Below are positions 27,650 through 34,670 of a stretch of DNA of 41,238 nt, in pieces. The DNA is taken from NCBI GenBank assembly GCA_016177265.1, contig JACOVP010000020.1:1-41238 (forward strand), given 5' to 3'. The stretch's first letter is position 1, and each line of letters begins with the position of its first letter. The notes beneath the pieces were generated by a model. The model did no database searches. It was not told the DNA's origin and was given only the letters and a program-made list of their open reading frames with translations. This stretch comes from Candidatus Woesearchaeota archaeon. Its GTDB lineage: Archaea; Nanobdellota; Nanobdellia; SCGC-AAA011-G17; UBA489. A program made the position numbers and the translations under genes.

Positions 27650-29090
27650 ATATTTTATCTCCTTTCGACAGCTGTTCTTTATTCTAGTTCTAGTACTCCT
27701 CGCTATGCGACTTTCCTTCTATCAAAAAGAAGAGCAAAAAACAATAATTGATGCAGCCTCTGTCTTTGATGCAGCCGCCACCACAGGGCTGACTAACATT
27801 TCCGCAACCGTCATCGACAGTTCACCATTCATCACGATCACTAATCCAGAGAACAAAACGTATGAAAATAATGAAAGCGTAGAGCTAAACATCTCGGTTG
27901 CGAATATGTCCTCTCTTTCTATCGATCAGGCGTTCTATAATCTTGATGATACTGATAATATTACCTTGACGTTGGACAGCAATAATGAAAACAGGACATT
28001 CTTTGGTACAGCTGAGGGTTCACACACATTGAAAGTTTTCGCTAATAATACAGCAAATGAGCTCAACAGCACGTCAGTAGACTTATTCTTAAACAGATCG
28101 ATTCGTTTTCATGTCAACTACTCTAAATACGATGCATTGACCACAGCGTTCAGTACGCTGAATGAGTCAGACTTGGAAACGATACAGAACATGATCTTAG
28201 AGATATCTTCATTTGGCAAGATTGAATTTAATGAGGTAATTAATATGACAGATGATAATATAACGGATGAGAATGTCGATATTAATCCAGATTACCATAT
28301 CAATATCACAAGCATGCTTATCTTTATCAATGAAACCGTCTTTCCAAATTTGGAAGGCAAACAAGCTTCAATTGCTTTCTACAATGTATCCTTTGCTAAC
28401 CCTAGGGTTCTTAGAAATGGAGTAGCATGTCCTGTAACTATCTGCACATCACAGACTCTTGCAAACCAAATACTAACAGTGAGCATATCAGGCTTTTCAC
28501 AGTATGAAGTAGAAGAAGGTGAAGGTGAGGGTGCAGGAGGAGGTGGTGGGGGCGGTGGAGTTGGAGGTGGAGGCGGAGGTGGCGGAGGAGTTGCTACTAC
28601 CGCTACGTATAATTTAGACGAGGTAGATGAGCAGACCAATCTTCTTGCTAGAATCGGTAAAATATTCATTATCTGGAAAGGAGAAGAATATACCGCTCGT
28701 GTTGGAAAGCCTTCGCCAAGCATAGTCTTGATTGATTTTACAGTTCTTGGAGCAAAATTAATGCTAAGCGTTGGGCAAACAAGTACACTAGATCTCGATA
28801 ATGATGGGGAAGTAGATATAAGAATAAAAGTAGAGGATATGAAAAGCAACTTTCTCATTCTAACAGTGAGTGCTCTACGACCGAGAAGCGAACCCTCTAG
28901 AGATATTAAAAAACAAGAGGAAGAACCAAAGCCATTACCAAGGTCACTCATCACGATCACAAAAAAAGCATTACTCAATAAAGATCTCCTAGGAATAATT
29001 CTTTTATTAATTGTTGCTGGCATTATTGTTGAAGTTGAACGCCGCAAGAAAATGAAGAGTCATAAAGGAAGAGCTTTGCACAATAAATAG
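27636..29090 (+). CDS. Membrane-anchored surface protein with Ig-like domains and poly-Gly linker
   Basis: N-terminal TM, PFITITNPENKTY Ig-like domain, CPVTIC, long G run, C-terminal TM plus RRKK; ATG 27636 preferred. The last codons and stop come from the inserted element. Confidence 0.8.
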   Translation: MQDGKYFISFRQLFFILVLVLLAMRLSFYQKEEQKTIIDAASVFDAAATTGLTNISATVIDSSPFITITNPENKTYENNESVELNISVANMSSLSIDQAFYNLDDTDNITLTLDSNNENRTFFGTAEGSHTLKVFANNTANELNSTSVDLFLNRSIRFHVNYSKYDALTTAFSTLNESDLETIQNMILEISSFGKIEFNEVINMTDDNITDENVDINPDYHINITSMLIFINETVFPNLEGKQASIAFYNVSFANPRVLRNGVACPVTICTSQTLANQILTVSISGFSQYEVEEGEGEGAGGGGGGGGVGGGGGGGGGVATTATYNLDEVDEQTNLLARIGKIFIIWKGEEYTARVGKPSPSIVLIDFTVLGAKLMLSVGQTSTLDLDNDGEVDIRIKVEDMKSNFLILTVSALRPRSEPSRDIKKQEEEPKPLPRSLITITKKALLNKDLLGIILLLIVAGIIVEVERRKKMKSHKGRALHNK

Positions 29091-29260
29091 TCCTTTTCTT
29101 CAGCAGATGCAATCTACGTCACGAGCAAAGGTTTTTGTGCTTGTCCTCTCATCTGCTCATCAGAATTTACCCTTTCCAACGTGGGCTGATAAGGGTTTAC
29201 TCTTAGAGTGGAGGACTTCTGGGCAGAAGCGACTACCCCTAGTCCAAGCATATAGCTCAG
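29073..29260 (-). ncRNA. Candidate omega-RNA scaffold overlapping the tnpB 3' end
   Basis: Complementary segments such as GTCCTC/GAGGAC and AGCAGATG/CATCTGCT (29102-29109, 29150-29157); the protein tail after RuvC-III looks non-conserved. Boundaries are a guess. Confidence 0.45.
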
Positions 29261-30214
29261 ACCCCGTTTGCCGATATTGAAGGCTGCATTTCTGTCGGCA
29301 TTGTCTCGATATCCACAACTACACACAAACCAATTCTTTGTTCTTGTTCCTGGAGTGCCACAGACACTACAGGTTTTCGAGGTGAATGCTTCTGACACAG
29401 TGATCAAAGGCACACCTCGTTCCTTGGCTTTGTACATTACGAGTTGTGTGAGCTTGTAGTGGGAAAATCCTGAGAGTTTTCTGTTGAATGTTCTTCCCTT
29501 ATTTTTTTGAAGATTATGTAGTGCGCCTAAGACAATGGCTGCTTTTTTCTTTTGTGCTTCATGGATGATGTACTTTGAGACTGCATGCAGTTGAGCATGT
29601 ACTTTTCTTCTTTCTTTATTCTTTATTTTTTTGATGATCTGGAACTTCTTCTGCTGTCCTAATTGTTTTCTCAGATAGTAGTATTTTCCTTTGATGTGCT
29701 TCAGTTTCTTGCCTAAGAAGCGCGTTGTTTTTGTTCGGAGATCAACCATAGTTACAGGATTCTTTAGTCCTAGATCAATGCCAAGGATAGTTTTTGGAGC
29801 ATATACATGCTGTTCAGGAATATCCATGCAGAAATGCACATAATACTTCTCGTTTTTTCTGATCAGATAAGAATCTTTCAAGCTATATCTCTTTGGTAGT
29901 GGTTGATGAAAATGCAAGGGCAACCAGATGCCTTGACCTTTTCTCTTGCTATTTGGTATTTTAATCCAATGCTTTGTTAACTTCGTTTCTCTTACTCTGA
30001 ACCAGTCTTTGATGAAGCGCGATTGCAGAAGCAATGGATAAGACTTGTACTTGATGACTTTTTGTTTGAATCCTTTTGCAGCCTTGAAAGCACTTAATAA
30101 TCCATGATCAATGCCAAAGATCATCCACCATTGATAATTGTTATAGTCCGCGTCTAACCATGTTTGTTTTCTTTTTGTCAACCCAATGACTGACGCTCTG
30201 ATTGTTTTTTCCAT
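29114..30214 (-). CDS. tnpB: Compact TnpB-family RNA-guided nuclease (366 aa)
   Basis: RuvC-I ILGIDLG, RuvC-II region IVLGAL plus downstream VSEAFTS, Zn finger CSVC/CSCG, RuvC-III NADRNAAFNI; ATG 30214 lies about 25 nt after TATATAAA (30239-30246). Confidence 0.9.
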   Translation of the reverse strand: MEKTIRASVIGLTKRKQTWLDADYNNYQWWMIFGIDHGLLSAFKAAKGFKQKVIKYKSYPLLLQSRFIKDWFRVRETKLTKHWIKIPNSKRKGQGIWLPLHFHQPLPKRYSLKDSYLIRKNEKYYVHFCMDIPEQHVYAPKTILGIDLGLKNPVTMVDLRTKTTRFLGKKLKHIKGKYYYLRKQLGQQKKFQIIKKIKNKERRKVHAQLHAVSKYIIHEAQKKKAAIVLGALHNLQKNKGRTFNRKLSGFSHYKLTQLVMYKAKERGVPLITVSEAFTSKTCSVCGTPGTRTKNWFVCSCGYRDNADRNAAFNIGKRGLSYMLGLGVVASAQKSSTLRVNPYQPTLERVNSDEQMRGQAQKPLLVT

Positions 30215-30386
30215 AGAATTACCGATTATTGTTTTCCCTTTATATACTTCAGTGGGGTGTTTGAGAAGTGCAGTGCTACTCAACAGTATGCAAAAAACAC
30301 CGAAAACTTTTCGGAATATATGATTTATTGTGCAAAGCCTAAAGGAAGAAAACATTTATAATGGCTTCTGTGCTCGTAATGTTTTC

Positions 30387-32489
30387 ATGCCAGAAAAATA
30401 TGAACTCCTCATTGCAGAGAAGCCAACCAGTGCGAAGAAGATAGCAGAAGCTTTGGCAGACGAGAAAGTAGCGCAGGAAAAAAACAAAAAAGTTACATAC
30501 TATATACTTGCGCATAAAGGAAAAAAGATCGTCATAGCAAGTTGCCTCGGTCATCTCTACGGGCTTGTGGAAAAAGACAAGAAAGGCTGGACATATCCGG
30601 TATTCAGCTACGAATGGAAACCGATTTACGAAAATGGCAAAGCAATGACGCAGACGAAAGAATTTATCAACACGTTAAAGAAACTCGCAAAGAACGCAGA
30701 ATCATTCACAGTCTGTACAGATTATGATGATGAAGGAACTGTTCTCGGCTTAAATGCAGTCCGTTTTGCCTGTAATCAGAAAGATGCCAACCGGATGAAG
30801 TTCTCCACCTTGACAAAAAAAGATTTAGTAGAATCTTACGAACACAAAATGAAGCATCTCGACTGGGATCAAGCATACGCAGGTTTAACTAGACATGAAT
30901 TAGATTGGATTTATGGTATTAACAATTCTCGTGCTTTAACCTTGGCGTTGAAAACTGCAGGCATTTTTAAAATACTCTCCACAGGACGTGTCCAAGGCCC
31001 AGCATTAAAAATCATTGTTGATAAAGATCGGGAAATTATAAAATTCACACCAGAACCTTTTTGGCAGATCAAATTAGAGGGAGCAGCAGACAAACAATCA
31101 GTTACTGCTTGGCACACAGAAGACAAATTCTGGGAAAAACAAAAAGCAGAAGGGGTGATGAAGAGAACGAAAGGAAAGAAGGCAGTTGTTGTTTCTATAA
31201 AAAAGAAAGAGATGCTTGTTGCTCCACCATTTCCCTTTGATCTCACAACACTGCAAACAGAAGCTTACCGTTGTTTTGGTATCAGCCCAAAAGAAACCAT
31301 GTCCATCACACAAAATCTGTATCTCAATGGATATATCTCCTATCCTCGTTCAAGCTCCAATAAGCTGCCACCGAATCTCGAGTATCAGAAAATCATCCAG
31401 GATCTAGGAAAACAAAAGAGCTATAGGGAATTGGTAGTACAACTGTTGAAGAAAAAAATATTAAAACCAAATGAAGGACCAAAAATAGATCCAGCACATC
31501 CGGCAATTCATGCGACAGGTGAAGTACCAAAGAAATTGACTGAAAGAGAAGCAAAATTATACGATTTAGTTGTACGAAGAACTCTGGCAACCTTTGCAGA
31601 CCCAGCTAAGAATGAACTCATGAAAGTAGAGATTGACGTGAACAAAGAGCTATTTGTTGCACGTGGTGCCGTCACCAAAGAACAGGGATGGTATCTGTTT
31701 TACGGAGCATATGCCAAAGAAAAGCACGAAGAACTGCCGCCCATGAAAGAAGGGATGGAAATCAAAAATCCAGTTATTACTCAACTCGAAGATCAAACAA
31801 AACCACCGAAGCGTTTTACTCCAGCATCTATCATAAAAGAACTTGAGTCCCGTGGGCTCGGAACAAAGTCTACAAGATCAACTATTATTGATACATTGTA
31901 TCAACGCCACTATATCAACGAAAAATCCATCGAAGCAACCAAACTAGGCATCGCCACAGTAGAAACGCTGGAAAAATACTGCCCAGAAATTCTTGACGAA
32001 CAATTGACACGCCATTTTGAAGAGGAAATGGAGCAAATTAGGGAAGAGAAGAAAAAACCAGAAGAAATCATTGATGAAGTCAAAACAGAATTGACAAAGA
32101 TTTTAACAAACTTCAAGAAGCACGAGAAAGACATTGGCAAAGGATTATTGCAGGCAACCAAAGAAACACGGACAGAGATGAGCACCATAGGCCCTTGTCC
32201 GGTCTGCAAGCAAGGAGAGCTCCAATTACGGTATGCAAGAAAGTTCAAGAGCAATTTTGTCGGTTGTTCTGCCTATCCAAAATGTACTGCTACGTTCAGT
32301 CTGCCGCAAGGACTGCCAAAAGTCACCAAAACGTTTTGTAAAGAGTGCAACTATCCGCAGGTCATGATCATTCGTCAAGGCAAACGTCCTTTCAACTACT
32401 GTATTAATAAAAATTGTAAGCTGAAACAGGAATGGTTAGAGCAACAAAACTCAAAAATGGAAACCATCAAAGTCAATAGTGAAGAGTGA
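30387..32489 (+). CDS. topA: DNA topoisomerase IA
   Basis: LIAEKP, GHL, CTDYDDEG Toprim motif, STGRVQGPAL, ISYPRS catalytic Tyr, GLGTKSTR, C-terminal Zn ribbons; ATG 30387 follows the TATA at about 30354-30361. Confidence 0.95.
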   Translation: MPEKYELLIAEKPTSAKKIAEALADEKVAQEKNKKVTYYILAHKGKKIVIASCLGHLYGLVEKDKKGWTYPVFSYEWKPIYENGKAMTQTKEFINTLKKLAKNAESFTVCTDYDDEGTVLGLNAVRFACNQKDANRMKFSTLTKKDLVESYEHKMKHLDWDQAYAGLTRHELDWIYGINNSRALTLALKTAGIFKILSTGRVQGPALKIIVDKDREIIKFTPEPFWQIKLEGAADKQSVTAWHTEDKFWEKQKAEGVMKRTKGKKAVVVSIKKKEMLVAPPFPFDLTTLQTEAYRCFGISPKETMSITQNLYLNGYISYPRSSSNKLPPNLEYQKIIQDLGKQKSYRELVVQLLKKKILKPNEGPKIDPAHPAIHATGEVPKKLTEREAKLYDLVVRRTLATFADPAKNELMKVEIDVNKELFVARGAVTKEQGWYLFYGAYAKEKHEELPPMKEGMEIKNPVITQLEDQTKPPKRFTPASIIKELESRGLGTKSTRSTIIDTLYQRHYINEKSIEATKLGIATVETLEKYCPEILDEQLTRHFEEEMEQIREEKKKPEEIIDEVKTELTKILTNFKKHEKDIGKGLLQATKETRTEMSTIGPCPVCKQGELQLRYARKFKSNFVGCSAYPKCTATFSLPQGLPKVTKTFCKECNYPQVMIIRQGKRPFNYCINKNCKLKQEWLEQQNSKMETIKVNSEE

Positions 32490-33065
32490 TTCCTGTTGTT
32501 GTGGTTGTTTGAGCATGATTTTTCTCGGATCTTTTTGTAACTCAATCACGCGCTGTCCAGATCGCAACAAGATAGCACCCCCAACAATTTTCTGCTCTTG
32601 TGTTTCAACATCAGTATACACCTGGTTTGTAACAATGATAGGAAGACGACTCGCATACGATCGTAAGGTATTCACCTGAGTTATAAGCATGCGATTCGCC
32701 AATAATAATTTACTTTTCAGTAATCGCCTATAATAATATCCCAAAGTATCCACAATGAGTAAGCCAACGTTTGGTTGTTTAATAAACTGCTCTAATTTCA
32801 TAATCTGCTCATGCTGTCCCTTAAAACTCGTTGGCCGAAAGAGAATAATCTGATCTAAGTACTTGTTAGCATCCTCTCCAGCCAGTTGTTGAAATCGCTC
32901 CACAAAAAATCCTTTCTCAGTATCTATAAAAATGACCTTCTTTCCTTGTCTGACTGTGTATAAAACGGCAGTTAAGCAGAGCAATGTTTTTCCAGTAGCA
33001 GGCCCTCCATAGACCACAGTCAAAGAAAGTGGTAAGTCTCCAAGAAAATCTTGCATCAAGTTCAT
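32451..33065 (-). CDS. radB: RadB-like RecA-family protein
   Basis: 204 aa core-only RecA fold: VYGGPATGKT, IFIDTE, LLIVDT, IIVTNQVY and VGG motifs. Confidence 0.85.
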   Translation of the reverse strand: MNLMQDFLGDLPLSLTVVYGGPATGKTLLCLTAVLYTVRQGKKVIFIDTEKGFFVERFQQLAGEDANKYLDQIILFRPTSFKGQHEQIMKLEQFIKQPNVGLLIVDTLGYYYRRLLKSKLLLANRMLITQVNTLRSYASRLPIIVTNQVYTDVETQEQKIVGGAILLRSGQRVIELQKDPRKIMLKQPQQQESLFTIDFDGFHF

Positions 33066-33123
33066 AGGTGCTTCTGAAGGAGTAGTCTTTAAAACAATTT
33101 AGTTCTTAAAACCGTAAGATTTA

Positions 33124-33152
33124 TATACTCTAAATGATTATAATAGAGTATA
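33124..33152. promoter_or_regulatory. Inverted-repeat operator overlapping the TA promoter
   Basis: TATACTCTA (33124-33132) and TAGAGTATA (33144-33152), overlapping the TATA box TTTATATA. Confidence 0.55.
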
Positions 33153-33174
33153 AATAGATGTAAAATGATGAATA

Positions 33175-33705
33175 ATGATTATATCAAACAGCTCGCCATT
33201 AATCTTGTTAGCAAAAATAAGTAGGCTAGAACTGCTTAAGAGAATGTATCAAACAATATATATCCCAAGAGAAGTCTTTAATGAAGTAATAATCAAAGGC
33301 AAAGAAGAGCAATATAGCGATGCATTCTTTATCGAAAAGCAGATCAATGATAGCATACATGTCAAGGAGTTAAAAACAGCATGGAAAATTGAAGCGGAAA
33401 AATTGAAGAAAATACTGGGAAGCGGAGAAAGTGAGGCAATTGCACTGGCATTACAAGAAAAAGCAAAACTCTTGCTTATGGATAATATAGAACCAAAAAG
33501 AATTGCTGAACTGAAGAATATAAAATGCAGAAGTACCCCGGGCATCTTATTAGAAGCATTGAAAAAGAGAATAATAAAACCTAGAGAGTATATAGAAGAT
33601 ATCAAGAAACTTGCTTCATTTGCTTGGTTATCGGCAGATGTTGTAGCATATTTTTTAGAAGAAGGATTTAAACATAGAAAAGGTGAGAATCATGAAAATA
33701 AATAG
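33175..33705 (+). CDS. PIN-domain protein (DUF3368-like), putative toxin
   Basis: MIISNSSPLILLAKI, IYIPREVFNE, LGSGESEAIALA, LLLMD and TPGILLEA motifs. Confidence 0.85.
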   Translation: MIISNSSPLILLAKISRLELLKRMYQTIYIPREVFNEVIIKGKEEQYSDAFFIEKQINDSIHVKELKTAWKIEAEKLKKILGSGESEAIALALQEKAKLLLMDNIEPKRIAELKNIKCRSTPGILLEALKKRIIKPREYIEDIKKLASFAWLSADVVAYFLEEGFKHRKGENHENK

Positions 33706-34006
33706 AGTAAGTTTAACTGTTCCTGCAGAAATATTGGAGCAATCAGAAAAAATAGCAAAAGAGAAGGCAGAAGATAGATCAACGACAATGAGAGAGCTCC
33801 TGCGATTAGGAATAAAGCAGTATATGGCAGAAAGAGCATTAGCACTCTATGCTGAAGGAAAAATAAGCCTAGAAAAAGCCGCAGAAATGGCAGAGATATC
33901 TTTATGGAAAATATTAGACTTATTAAAAGAAAGAAAAATACCTCTCCATTACTCAGTAGATGACATCAAAAAAGAAATCCGTGATATTCTTTCACAGAAT
34001 GCTTAA
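33692..34006 (+). CDS. UPF0175-like antitoxin with N-terminal RHH
   Basis: RVSLTVP...DRSTTMRELL then ALALYAEGKISLEKAAEMAEIS; AGGTGA RBS before ATG 33692. Confidence 0.8.
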   Translation: MKINRVSLTVPAEILEQSEKIAKEKAEDRSTTMRELLRLGIKQYMAERALALYAEGKISLEKAAEMAEISLWKILDLLKERKIPLHYSVDDIKKEIRDILSQNA

Positions 34007-34055
34007 TAAAACATGAAAAGAATATTTATATAGGAACACGTATTCTTTTTTGCCC

Positions 34056-34250
34056 ATGGTCAAGATAGGCATTATCGGCGGTTCTGGACTGGATAACCCA
34101 AAGATACTCAAAGAGACAAAAGAACTGACATTCAACACCAACTATGGTCAGCCATCCTCTCCCATCACAACTGGAAAAATACGAGACGTTGAAGTAATGA
34201 TCCTTGCAAGGCATGGAAAAAAGCATACTATCATGCCAACCAATGATGTA
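34056..34250 (+). pseudogene. mtnP: 5' fragment of MTA phosphorylase (MTAP/PNP family)
   Basis: MVKIGIIGGSGL...TNYGQPS...ILARHGKKHTIMPTN matches the MTAP N-terminus, then the frame runs into the promoter of the next gene; only about 65 codons remain. Confidence 0.8.
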
Positions 34251-34290
34251 AACCGTAACCTTTATATAGTATACATTTGTTCGTATACAC

Positions 34291-34665
34291 ATGAAGGATA
34301 TATTCGAAACCACGATGGTCTGTGAAGATTGCGATCAGAAGACAGAGAAGATCATCACCAATAAGGAAGGCTTCCAGATACGTGCCTGGCGTTGTAAAGA
34401 ATGCCAAAAGCTCTGGCCCCACCCTTTAGATATGCAGGAGTATGAAAACTTCCAGAGGTTAAAAAACAAAGAATTCCAGGTCAAACTCCGCTTGGTCGGT
34501 AATTCCTATACAGTCTCCATCCCCAGAGAAATTATAGATTTTGAAGAGGAAATGCAGCGGGAAATTGATGATATGATCAGAATGACCTTAGAAGGCCCAG
34601 AAAAACTCAGCTTATTCTTCTCAGGCAAACTAAAAAGGTTTATTAACGATAATCACCCCAGGTAA
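34291..34665 (+). CDS. Zn-ribbon plus AbrB/SpoVT-like DNA-binding protein
   Basis: CEDC...CKEC, then KLRLVGNSYTVSIPREII; TATA at about 34261 and paired GTATAC boxes (34269-34288) upstream. Confidence 0.75.
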   Translation: MKDIFETTMVCEDCDQKTEKIITNKEGFQIRAWRCKECQKLWPHPLDMQEYENFQRLKNKEFQVKLRLVGNSYTVSIPREIIDFEEEMQREIDDMIRMTLEGPEKLSLFFSGKLKRFINDNHPR

Positions 34666-34670
34666 GAACT

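Larger units (their letters stand above)
29072..30339 (-). mobile_element. Non-autonomous TIR element (IS5 family, IS903-like ends) carrying only tnpB
   Basis: Perfect 16-bp inverted repeats GCTTTGCACAATAAAT (29073-29088) and ATTTATTGTGCAAAGC (30323-30338); flanking direct repeat TAAAGGAAG at 29063-29071 and 30340-30348; no transposase ORF inside. Confidence 0.8.

Noticed and set aside
28379..29047. 222-aa poly-Pro ORF on the minus strand
   Set aside because: It is the antisense shadow of the poly-Gly linker in the plus-strand surface protein.
29114..30214. Cas12f/Cas14 CRISPR effector
   Set aside because: No adjacent array or cas1/2/4; it is bounded by transposon-type TIRs and a TSD.
30215..30386. 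Overlapping long N-termini of tnpB (30355) and topA (30330) in the ORF track
   Set aside because: Both extensions run through the TIR and promoters; the ATGs at 30214 and 30387 sit at proper distance from TATA boxes.
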